DNA of 64,000 nucleotides from Scyliorhinus canicula (Eukaryota). The notes beneath the pieces were generated by a model, which searched no databases, had not been told where the DNA came from, and worked only from the letters and a program-made list of their open reading frames with translations. A program made the position numbers and the translations under genes. Location of the stretch: contig NC_052152.1 in assembly GCF_902713615.1 (NCBI RefSeq), positions 37,919,810-37,983,809 on the forward strand. The letters are read 5' to 3'. Below are positions 25,140 through 36,600 of this stretch, piece after piece (the first letter of the stretch is position 1; each line of letters begins with the position of its first letter).

Positions 25140-26600
25140 GACGCTGGGACTGAATCGTGAGTGTTCTACGTTGACAAAAGTGGTGCTGGTCCCGGTGTAA
25201 TTCAGGACCCATTAATTGGGTATCACCGGCGCCACGTGGAACTAGTGCAATTCCAATACATGCCATCTGATTCGCCGGGGTCGAAGTGGCACTAGAGAGG
25301 CTGACAAGCTGCAGCCGCATAAAAGCACTCCACTCCACACACACACTCATTCCAGCCAACATGATGGCACCCCGAAGAGCGGCACCCCATTTTAATGATG
25401 CAGAGCTCGAGACCCTGCTGGATTCCATGTGGGAGAGCCAGGCATTTTGTTCCCGGGGTGGAAAGGCGACGGCCACCCACGGATGCCAACCGAGCCTGGG
25501 CGCAGATGGCAGAGGCCATGAACCCCACCGCCATTATCGGCCAGCAGTGTTGCAAGAAGCTGCACAACCTTCTCAGGGCGGCCAGGGTGACCAGATCAGC
25601 GCCGCTGGCATCACTCGCGTCCCACACCCATAGCAACTCCCCATGTGGTCCCCACCAGGCAGACCGGACATGGAGGACAACACCCCCAGGCCAGCCAGGG
25701 TGGCCACCACCATGTCCCTGGCATCAATCCCCCCCCCCCACAAGACGATCGAACCCCATCCTCCAGCAGGCTGCCCACACCCCACCCCAACAACCATGCC
25801 GCTGGCCAGGGACTCTGGACACAGGTCACGGACCCCCTGTGCTGCCAGCATCCACGTGTCTCACATTGTGCATTATCTGCATCATGGGAGAAGGCGGCCC
25901 ACAACTGCAGAGAGAGTGACCAGAGGAGGCCCGCCGGATCTAATCATACATCTTGTCTTATGCTTTTCAGGCTCATCTGGCGATGAGGTGGGCCTAACTG
26001 CCATTTCCAACCCCAGCGACGAGGTGGAATCTGCTGATGTCGCAAGCCCCCAGTTGCAGCCCGGGACACAGCCGGTGATGTCACCAACACCCTCCACCAT
26101 CGCAGAAACATTCACTTCAGTTGGGCATGTTAGTGAAGAGGCTTCTGGAGCACTATCTGGTGCACACCACACATGCTGCGGTACATCAGGTGGAGGTGGA
26201 AATCACCGAGGGGCGAATGGTCAGAGGGCGGCAGCCCCTAGCTGCCGTTCATTTGGGTCTTGGGCTTCTGGAAACGGCGGTCCCATCAACGCTGGAGATG
26301 GAAGAGCAGAGCCAGGGACTACTTGAGGGGTTGTCCGCAACCATCCATTGGAGGAGTCCAACCGCCTGCAGGGGAAGGAGGTGGTGCTGATAATGCATGC
26401 CACCCAGGCCAACACGGCATGGATGGCGCCCGCAGTGGAGACCTTCGGTGCGAAGATATCAGCCATGGGTCACAGTCGTGTGCTCCATGGTAGCGAGAAC
26501 TGTGACCCTGGTCGAGACGAGCGCAGGCCTCCAGGACTGGCAGCGGCAAGGAGCCCCTGGAGCTCGCTCAAACTGCACCCCTGCCCCTAGGAGTAGCCCG
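25140..26600 (+). mobile_element. PIF/Harbinger relic: Myb/SANT-like DNA-binding ORF remnants
   Basis: MAPRRAAPHFNDAELETLLDSM...AWAQMAEAMN...QCCKKLHNL across frameshifts; GC-rich; truncated against the CR1. Confidence 0.6.
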
Positions 26601-26604
26601 GAAT

Positions 26605-28790
26605 AGACCTTTAAAATCTTACTGATAACCAAAGTCAGGCCAACCGGCCTATAATTTCCTGTCTGCTGCCTCTGTCCCTTCTTAAACAGGGGTGTTACAT
26701 TAGCCATTTTCCAATCCTCTGGGACCCTCCCTGCCTCCAGTGATTTCTGAAAGATCACCAATGCCTCCACAAACTCCTCAGCCACCCCCTTCAGGACCCT
26801 GGGGTGTAGTCCATCCGGTCCGGGCAATTTATCCAGCTTCAGACCATTTTGTTTCCCCAGCACCTTCTCCTTAGTGATGGCCACTTCACTTACCTCTGCC
26901 CCCTGACTCTCATGAAGTTCTGGTATCCCACTGGTGTCTTCCACTGTGAAGATAGATGCAAAGGGCCTCTGCCATTTGATTGTTCCCTATTACTACTTCT
27001 CCAGCCTCATTTATCAATGGTCCATTGTCCATCCTTGCCTCTCTCTTACCTTTTATATATCAGGGAAAAAACATTTAGAGCCTTCTTTTATATTACTAGC
27101 TAGCTTGCACTCATGTTTCATCTTCTCCCCCCTTATTGCTTTTTTAGTTCTGGTTTGCTCGCTTTGAAAGGCTTCCCAATCCTCTGGCTTCCCACTAATC
27201 CTCCACATAGTATGCATTTTCCTTTGCTTTTATGCTGTCCTTGACTTCCCTTGTCAGCCATGTTCTCCCATTAGCATGTTTCCTCCTTGGGATGAATTTC
27301 TGTGTGCCTCCGAATAACTTCCCGAAACTCCTGTCATTGCTGTTCCACTGTTTCCTGCTTGTCTCCCCTTCCAATCAACTCTGGCCAGCTCCTCGTGTTT
27401 TTGTAGTTACCTTTATTTAATTGTAATACCATTACATCTGATTCCAGCTTCTCCCTCTCAAAGTTCAGTGTGAATTCTATCATATTATGGTCACTGCCCC
27501 CCCCAGGGTTCCTTCACCTTAAGTTCCCTAATCAAGTCTGCCTCATCACACATCACAAAATCCAGAATTGCTTGTTCCCTAGTGGGCTCTGTCACAAGCT
27601 GCTCCAAAAAAATCATCATGTCGACAGTCCACAAATTCCTTCTCTTGGGATCTGCTACCTATCTGATTTTCCCAGTTCACCTGCATATTGAATTCCCCCA
27701 TGATTATTATAATATTGCCTTTCTTAAATGCCTTTTTTTATCTCCCGATTTATTTTCTCCCCACATCCTGACTACTGCTTGGGAGCCTGTACATAACTCC
27801 CATCAGAGCCCTTTTTACTTTGCGATTCCTCAACTCTACCCACACAGATTCTACGCCTTCCGACTCTAAATCGCTTCTTGCTATCGATTTAAGTTAATTT
27901 CTGACTAAAAATTTCAACCTCGCCCCCTCTGTCCATTCTTTCGACAGGCATATATCCATGGATATTTAGATCCCTGCCCCAATCCCCTTGTAGCCATGTC
28001 TCTGTGACGCCCACATTATACCCACCTATTTCAATGTGCGCAACAAGCTCATTTACATTGTTTTGTATACTGCGTGCATTTAGGTACACCACCCTCAGTT
28101 GTTTTCTCCCCCCCCCCATTCTTTCGACAGGCATATATCCATGGATATTTAGATCCCTGCCCCAATCCCCTTGTAGCCATGTCTCTGTGACGCCCACATT
28201 ATACCCACCTATTTCAATGTGCGCAACAAGCTCATTTACATTGTTTTGTATACTGCGTGCATTTAGGTACACCACCCTCAGTTGTTTTCTCCCCCCCCCC
28301 ATTCTTTCGACAGGCATATATCCATGGATATTTAGATCCCTGCCCCAATCCCCTTGTAGCCATGTCTCTGTGACGCCCACATTATACCCACCTATTTCAA
28401 TGTGCGCAACAAGCTCATTTACATTGTTTTGTATACTGCGTGCATTTAGGTACACCACCCTCAGTTGTTTTCTCCCCCCCCCCATTCTTTCGACAGGCAT
28501 ATATCCATGGATATTTAGATCCCTGCCCCAATCCCCTTGTAGCCATGTCTCTGTGACGCCCACATTATACCCACCTATTTCAATGTGCGCAACAAGCTCA
28601 TTTACATTGTTTTGTATACTGCGTGCATTTAGGTACACCGCCCTCAGTTGTTTTCTCCCCCCCCCCCCTCCCCCCCTCCCTTCTCATAGCTGTCTCCTTT
28701 TTTTGTTGTGCCTGAAGTTGGGTTCCTGCCACTTTCTACTTTATTACACGTTCTGGTAACTTTATTAGCCTCTCCAGACTCTCGATCCTG
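26605..28790 (-). mobile_element. Decayed CR1 LINE (endonuclease to start of RT)
   Basis: YLNARS / VTETWL endonuclease motifs; PGPDGLHPRVLK...VPEDWKMANVTPLFKKG...NYRPV. Confidence 0.85.
27933..28664. repeat. Tandem array, 4 x 183 bp, of a CR1 endonuclease N-terminal segment
   Basis: Units start at 27933, 28116, 28299 and 28482; 61-aa period (YLNARSIQN...GVTETWL); near-identical units. Confidence 0.95.
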
Positions 28791-29803
28791 GTCACAGAGA
28801 ACAGTGTCACAATACATGCAAGTTCTGCATCATCTGTAAATTTTGAAAGTATGCCTTGCACACGTAAGTCAAGGTCATCAATATAGATCAAGAAAAGCAG
28901 TGATTCTACACCTACTGATCAATGGGGAATTCAATACCTTCCTCCAGTCTGAAAAAACGTTTACTACTGTGGTTTCCTGTTACTGTTAGCAGTTGGAGAA
29001 GAGAGTTTAGGAAGAGGTTTAAGAAGGTTCAAAGTAGGGAAAATAAATCTGAGGTTACCTTTTGCATTCCAGGATAATCCTACAATGGTCAATAGCTGAA
29101 TTATTATTACATTATGTGAGTACCGGGATGGTAGTTGACTAACTAGGTGGACCTTAGATTGTTTTCACCTGGTGATCTGTTCCAAGCAGGCTAATAAGCA
29201 TTTTTCCAGAAGTATCATCGTTAAAAAGCAACAATAGAAGTGGAGCAAACTAAAATAACTAGACAGATCATAATCATATTTAAAAATGGATATTAAAAAA
29301 TTACATCAAAACAAGTTAAATCAGGAGGAATGAAAATTGCCATCTAATTATATAAACTAGCAACATACAAGAATGGCTCTAATTTATTAAAACAATTTCC
29401 ACCCAAATCAAGACGGCTGCAGTTTTGTACAAAAACACAATGGGGGAGTGTTACATAATCAAAATGCCAGTTGTACATTTGAGTATCACGCAAAGCGGCG
29501 ACTTACAGTTTATCTTTAATCCTGATGAAGGACGTGGGGCAAAAACGAAAGGATTTTTTTGGGGGGGGAATGGGGTTGCAGTTCCCGACAGCGGCTGTGT
29601 TGAGGGATCGGTGTGTGCGGCAGGGCTTGTGCATTAATTATCCGGCCTGTCAGTTGATTAATGGTGCCTGTTCTCCGTCTGCTCTCCCCGCCCCTAGTGT
29701 CCTGGCTGCAACTTCCCCACTGCCCCCCCGCTTAGGGAGTGTGTGCGTGCGTGCATGGTGCCGGTCTCGCCTCTCCCCTCCCACCCTCTCTCCGGCCCCT
29801 CAC

Positions 29804-30113
29804 CTCGCCACCAGTAGCTCTGAGAGATGTTCCTCCAGGTCTGCTCCCGGGTGAAGTGGAAGCCCTCGGCGCTCTGGTGGAAGGAGGCGATCAGGTCCCG
29901 CCGGGTCTTGGCCTCCAACACCACCTCGAGCTCGTCGAACTCGTCGCGGTCCTTGCGCTTCTTCTGGTAGTACAGGGTGCCCCGCCGCACCACGTAGCAG
30001 GCGGCGGCCTTGCGGATCTTCCTCTTGACGTTGCCCTCGGTCCCCGGCGCATAAGGTTCCTTCTCGTTGGTCAGGTAGCGGATGATAGCTTTGTAACTCT
30101 CCTCGCTCGACAT
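29804..30113 (-). CDS. ZBTB11: ZBTB11 coding exon 1 (310 bp; N-terminal integrase-like H2C2 region begins)
   Basis: ATG at 30113 reads MSSEESYKAIIRYLTNEKEPYAPGTEGNVKRKIRKAAACYVVR...SQSYWWRG, the recognisable ZBTB11 N-terminus; phase-1 donor G|GTGAG; lies in a CpG-rich island. Confidence 0.96.
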
Positions 30114-30289
30114 GTCACAGCCCCCGCTGTGGCTGCAGCCGAGGCCTCGCTGGGACGGTCGGGAGACTAAAAGGAAAAGAAAATGAGAGCGGAAAGATTT
30201 TTGACGCAAAGCTGGTTCCAGTATTGCTTTTATTTATTTTTTTATTGTAGGTGGGCCGCTTTCGGACGGAGGGAGCGGGAAAGGTTTCC

Positions 30290-30370
30290 TCGGATTGACA
30301 AAATGGCTGCTGCACAACCGGAGATGACATCACGGACCCTGACCTCCCCCCTCCCCGAACCGGCTGTACT
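30290..30370 (-). promoter_or_regulatory. ZBTB11 proximal promoter at the edge of a CpG island (about 29740-30370)
   Basis: YY1-like AAAATGGCT at about 30300, ETS/CRE-like CCGGAGATGACATCA at about 30318-30332; CpG-rich; directly upstream of exon 1. Confidence 0.55.
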
Positions 30371-31756
30371 TGCTCTGTCACCCAGTCATCAAACCCCCCC
30401 CCCCCCAGCCACGATCGCCTTAATCCCCAGTGGCTTGGCTATCAGGTCCTTGTGGACGTGCTCAATCTTTGTGATTCGTGGAGGGGGAATTCTGCCCCAA
30501 GAAGCGCCTCCTTCGTTACCCCTCAATAGGGGAGGGATAAACTGGATTAAAAGTGAAAAAGAAGGCCCGTCGGCCCATCGAGTCTGCACCTATCCCCCAA
30601 CCCTCCCCATTTCCATAACCCCATCGAACCTTTTTGACACTAAGGGTCAATTTATCATGGCCAGTCCACCTAACCTGCACATTTTGAACAGTGGGAGGAA
30701 ACCGGGGCACCCACGCAGACACGGGAAGAAAGTGCAAACTACGCACGGTGACCCAAGACTGAAATTGAACTTGGGTCGCTGGTGCTGTAAGGTGTATTGC
30801 AGCCTTTAAAAGTGATTGGATGAGGGCCTCTTCTGCACTGTATTCTGTGATACTTGAAGGAGAAAGATTGTACGGAAAGAGTGGGAGTGGGACTCCATGG
30901 GTTGCTCTTTGAAGGGTGCTGGTGCAGGTGCAGATTCTGTGGAACAAATAGTTTCCTGCTGGAAAATGCTGGAAACAAATGGCAGATCAGACAGCTTCGA
31001 TGAGGAGAAAAATACAATTACGTTTTCAGGATGATGGTCATTTGTCAGAACAACAGTTTGCATTTATCTAGCCCCTTTCACATTGTAAAGCATCCCAAGG
31101 TGCTTCACAGGAGTATTTCAAACAAAGTTTGACACCAAGTCGCTGAAGGAGATATTAAGGCAGATGGTCAAAGAGGTAGGTTTAAGGAGCATTTGAAAGG
31201 AGAGCTGACAGCTGGAGAAGTTTAGAGAAGGAATTCCAACATTTAGAAAGGTTAAGGAAATATAGGGATAAATTTGTGGGAATGCTGGATTCTGTAGGGT
31301 TGTGCAGTTAAGGAAGTTCGAGGTAGGGTGAGGTGAGACTTCACAAGGGTGAGTATTCAAAATTTCCAGGGGAACCAGTATAGATCTTGAGAACAGGGGT
31401 GTTGAGTAGAACTTTGTGTGAACCAGGACAGGGGCAACAAGTCTTTAAATGAGTTTGAGGTAAGAGTGGATGATGTGATCCTGCAAGGATAGCATTGGAA
31501 TAGTCAAGCTTGGAAGTAGCAAAAGCATGGATTAAGCTTTCAGCAGCAAATGGGTAGCATTTCTGAAGTGGAGGTAGGCAGTCTTGGTGATGGAGCATAG
31601 AGCTTCAGAGCCTTGGCTCAAGTTCAAAAAGGATGCAAAGAAACTTGTTCAACCTAAGACACTTGGCCGAGGGGAGGAGGAGCTGTTCTTGAGGCCAGGG
31701 ACTGGGGTTTGTTGTAGCGACCAAAGTCAATGGTTTGAGTGTTCTCAATATTTAAT

Positions 31757-32078
31757 TGGGGAGGCAGTGGCTTAGTGGTATTGTCACTGGACTAGTAATC
31801 CAGAGCTATGCTCTGGGGACCCAGCTTCAAATCCTGCCATGGCAGATGGTGAAATTTGAATTCAATAAGTCTGGAATTAAAAGTCCAAATGGTGACCATG
31901 GAAACCATTGTCGGAAAAACCCACTTGGTTCACTAATGCCCTTTCGGGAAGGAAATCTGTTGTGATGACCTGGTTTGGCCTATAAGTAACTCCAGATCCA
32001 TAGCTGACTCTTAAATGCCCTCAGGGATGGCAATAAATGCTGGTCCAGATGCCCACCTCCCATGAATGAAAAAAAAAA
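31757..32078 (+). mobile_element. tRNA-derived SINE sharing its tail with the 24690-25070 LINE
   Basis: Head GGCAGTGGCTTAGTGGT...TTCAAATCC; tail GGATGGCAATAAATGCTGG...GCCCACCTCCCATGAATG plus A-run. Confidence 0.65.
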
Positions 32079-33484
32079 ATTGGAGGGAATTTTAGAGAAG
32101 CATCATGACGCTTAAAACAGTGGTAGTGAGGCAGTGTGGAATCTGACATTGTACTTTCAGATAGCATCAAGATGAACATGTAGATGAGAAATGGGAGTCT
32201 GCCAAGGATAAACCTTTGGGGAACACCATATGTAATGGTGCAGATGCTAGAAGAAAACATTTTTGCGTATGCCTAATTTGCTCACCACCACTGTGGCAAT
32301 GTGCAAATTTGCATTGGGTCAAATAGATTATAGTTGAATGTGTGGCACAAAGAATTGTGTGGAAATGTTGGTAGCATAGTGGTTCGCACTTTTGCTTCAT
32401 AGTGCCAGGGACCCGGGTTTGATTCCCAGCTTGGGTCACTGTCTGTGCAGTCTACACGTTCTCACCGTGTCTGCGTGGTTATCCTCCCACAAGTCCTGAA
32501 AAATGTGCTTGTTAGATGAATTGGTAATGCTGAATTCTTCCTCAGTGTACCAAACAGGCGCCAGCGTGGCGACTAGGGGATTTTCATAGTAACTTCATTG
32601 CAGTGTTAATGTAAACCTACTTGTGACACTAATAAATATTAAATGTGGGCTTCAATTTAAGGACACTGGTGCCAGAATGATGGAACAGTTACTTTGGGGC
32701 AGGTTCCATTTAAGCTGAAATGGGATTAGTGTCCTGGTGAATTGATAAACTAGGGCAATAGATAGATAGGGTGTTAATTGAATATATGAAGCATAAAAGC
32801 TTAAACTAATTGCCCAGGCTTTCCCGAACTGTGGATCATGACCCCCACCCCGCAATATGATTTGGTGTCATGAGTTCCAAAGCAGTAAAGCTGCTTTGGA
32901 GCGACTGACGCTAACGGGTGCGAGGCCCCTTTAAAATCTTTTTTTCTATTCTATTACTCGGCATGGCCTAACGGACAGATCTTAGGCTTGATTGCTGCTG
33001 CAAAAAGCCTGTGTTCTTTAAAAACCCTGCAGTTTTAATAATTCTTGCAAGCTAAACTCTCCCCACCCCCTTGCTCAGGAGAGGAAGTTAACCTCTGAAG
33101 AGGCATTAATATAGTTTCATATTGGGGATAAGTTTTGGAAGCACAATATTAGCCAGTGCCGAGGCATGGTTGTATGCTGACTGATTGGGAAATAAATATT
33201 CCAAGATATTTCATATAAAATGGAAAAGCAAGGGTGGGAAATCTGATAATAATAGATCACGTAAGGACAGTAGTGAGGAAGGATCTTGGCTCGGAAGAGC
33301 AGGAAGAACTATCAATATGGATAGAAATGACATGGGGCAGAAAATGCTGGGGGTCTGTTCATAGGCTCCTCCATAGTAGCTATATTATTCAAAAAATGAG
33401 AAGCTTGTAACAAAGACGATGCAGTAATCACGGAGAGTCAATTATGGATCAGAAGTTTAAAGTGTCCATTCGAAAATCATTGAT

Positions 33485-33659
33485 TACTTTATCAGAGTTA
33501 CAAAGCCAGAGCCGAGTGTGTGGACAGGGGAAACCCCCTAATCCAGCTACTCGCCTGCTCCAAAAACCATTTCAAATTAAATCCAATTCATGGTCCCCAC
33601 AAGAGACATACCAGATCCAGGAATTACATCTGACCTCACGCTCATCTTAGCCAAAAGGC
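33485..33659 (-). pseudogene. Diverged U2 snRNA-derived element (U2 pseudogene or U2-derived SINE)
   Basis: GCCTTTTGGCTAAGAT, ATCTGGTATGTC, AAATGGTTTTTGGAGCAGG and TGGATTAGG...GTCCAC blocks are colinear with U2. Confidence 0.8.
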
Positions 33660-36600
33660 AGCTTTGTGCAGTATTTTTCAGGTCATTACCACTTGCTGTG
33701 CAAAACCGTCCCCCCCACCCATCTCTTGCTCAAAATCTTAAATCTGTCTCTCCACTCCCCCCATCCCAGCCTTGTACCAGCAGCGAATGGGAAGCTTTCC
33801 CGTGTCCCTCATCTAAACTCGTCATAATGTCGTACAATTCAAATCCTTTGTTCAAAGGAAAAGAACCCCAACTTTTTCAACCTAACCTGGTTACTAAAAA
33901 CTCTCATCCTCTGGCTCATTTGGGTAAATTTCCTGTGCACCCACCCTCTCAAGAACCTTTATTGCACGGTTCCTAAGTTTTCAGATGATACCAAGATATG
34001 CAGAGGTATGGGTAGTATTGAAGAAGCAGTAGGGGAGGGGGCGCTACAGAAGGATTTGGATAGGTTAGGAGAGTGGGCAAAGAAGCGGCGGATGGAATAT
34101 ATTGTGGAAAAGTAAGGTTATGCACTTTGGTAGGAAGAATGGAAGTACAGACTAATTTATAAATGGTAAAAGGCTTACAAAATCAGCACAAAGGGACTCG
34201 TTCAATGTTAACATGCAGGTTCAGTCAGCAGTTAGGAAGGCAAATGCAATGTTAGCATTCATGTCGAGTGGGCTTGAATACAAGAGTGGGGATGTACTTC
34301 TGAGGCTGTATAAGGCTCTGGTCAGACCCCATTTGGAGTACTGTGAGCAATTTTGGGCCCCGCATCTAAGGATGTTATGGCATTGGAAACAGTCCAAAGG
34401 AGGTTCACACGAATGATCCCTGGAACAAAGTTTGTATGAGGAGCGGCTGAAGACTCTGGGTCTGTACTCGTTGGGAGTTCAGAAAGACGGGGCGGGGGGA
34501 ATCTCATTGAAACTAAACAGGATACGGAGAGGCCTGGATCGAGTCGACGTGGAGAGGATGTTTCCACTGGTCAGAAAAACAGAACTCGAATCACAGTATC
34601 AGACTGACGGGACAATCCTTTAAAACTGAGATGGAGAAATTCGTCAGCCAGAAGGTGGTGAATCTGCAGAACTCATTGCCACAGAAGGCTGTGGAGACCA
34701 AATCATGAGTGACTTTAAGACAGAGATAGGTAGGTTCTTGATCAATAAGGGATCAGTGTTTATGTGGAGAAGCAGGACAATATCAGCCACAATTGAATGG
34801 CAGAACACTCCATGGGCCAAATGGCCTAATTCTGCTCCTATGTCTTATATCTTTCCAAAAGTGCAATGACCAGGAATGGACCCATTGAGCAAAGTACTCA
34901 ATGCTTTGATTTCCGACGCTGAAGATCCCATCTGCTTTGCTAACTATTGAATGTCCCACCATCTTCGAAGATTGACAACAAAAGGCAGCGATCCTAGCAC
35001 TTGGGGGAAGACCACATTACCACCTTTTAGTCTGAACAACTATTTACCATTATCCGCTGTTTTGTCAGTAAACCAATTTTTATTCTAATCCATAAAATCT
35101 AGACATCCACTGCATTTTCTTCATTAACAATTTCTTACTTCAATAAAACATTCATTTATCAACATAGCACTGACTCTCCTGAACTCAAACGTGATTATGG
35201 ATCCCAAAATCTCATTTACTACTGATACCACACTAATTTCTAAATGGGTAACGGCTTACAAAATCAGAAGCACAAAGGGACTTATGAGTACTCGTTCAAG
35301 ATTAACATGCAGGTTCAGTCAGCAGTTAGGAAGGCAAATGCAATATTAGCATTGTAGTTGGACTATCTTTACACACTTTCTTGAATTTGCTACTCTCCAA
35401 TTTAAATCTTCATATAGATTAGACAAAACAAATCAGGGAAAGTAGTTTGGAGGACAAGTTAACAAAATACAGTTAAAGTAATTTCCTGAAGAATACATAA
35501 TGGAATCAACCAGGGAGAAGCTATTTTAGATCTTGTTTTGTGTAATGTGATAGGATTAATTAGTCACCTCATTGTAAGGAGTCCTCTGGGAAAGAGTGAT
35601 CATTGAGTTCAAGAGTGATGTACACAAATTTGAAACTAGAGTATTAAATTAAATAATTTTTTTTTTTTTTTTTAAAGTACCCAATTATTTTTTCCCCAAT
35701 CAAGGGGCAATTTAGTGTGGCCAATCCACCTAACCTGTACCTCTTTGGGTTGAGAGTCAAACCCACGCAGACACCGGGAGAATGTGCAAACTCCAGACAG
35801 TGACCCGGGGCCAGGATCAAACCTGGGTCCTCAGCACCGTCCTTAAGAGTATTAAACTAAATATAGGGATGAGGTAAATTGGCTGAGGTAGACTGGGAAA
35901 TTAGATTAAGAAGTATGATGGTCTCAATGAATATACATTCCATTGAGATTAAAAACTCCCATGGGAAATGTGATCCATCTGTAGCTAATTAAAGAAGTTA
36001 CAAAGATTACATCAAAAGTGGCTTGCAATATTGCTAAGGATAGTAAGCCCGAGGCTTGGGAGTGTTTTTTTAAAATAAATTTAGTGTGCCCAATTCCTTT
36101 TTTCCAATCAAGGGGCAATTTAGCATAGCCAATCCACCTAGCCTGCACATCTTTGAGTTGTGGGGGTGAAACCCACGCAAACACGGGGGAGAATGTGCAA
36201 ACTCCACACAGTGACCCAGAGCTGGATCTCAGTGCCGTGAGGCAACATTGCTAACCACTGTGCTGCCCTTGGGAGTGTTAGGTACCACCAAAACTTCATA
36301 AAATGGAGAAAATAGAATTCAAGATGAAACAAGGAAGAAATATAAAAATAACTTCCACAAGTATGTAACAAGCGCAAGTAAACATCGGCCCCTTAGAGAT
36401 TCAGAAATTATAATGGGGAATAAGGAAATAGATGTTAAATAACAATTTTGGATCTGTCACCATAGTAATCCATAGAATCCCCGTAGTACAGGAGTTCATT
36501 AGGCCCACCAACCTTCCAAAGGAGCTCTCTACCTAGGCCCACTCCCCCACGCTATCCCCGTAACCCTGCACCAATCTACCTAACCTGCACAACTTTAGAC

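Noticed and set aside
27889-28759. 249- and 251-aa repeat proteins, or a CRISPR-like array
   Set aside because: Identical tandem units with no spacers; CR1-derived, in a eukaryotic intron.
30183-30809. 208-aa ORF divergent from ZBTB11
   Set aside because: Runs through promoter sequence and a reversed SINE; no recognisable domain. A non-coding antisense transcript cannot be excluded.
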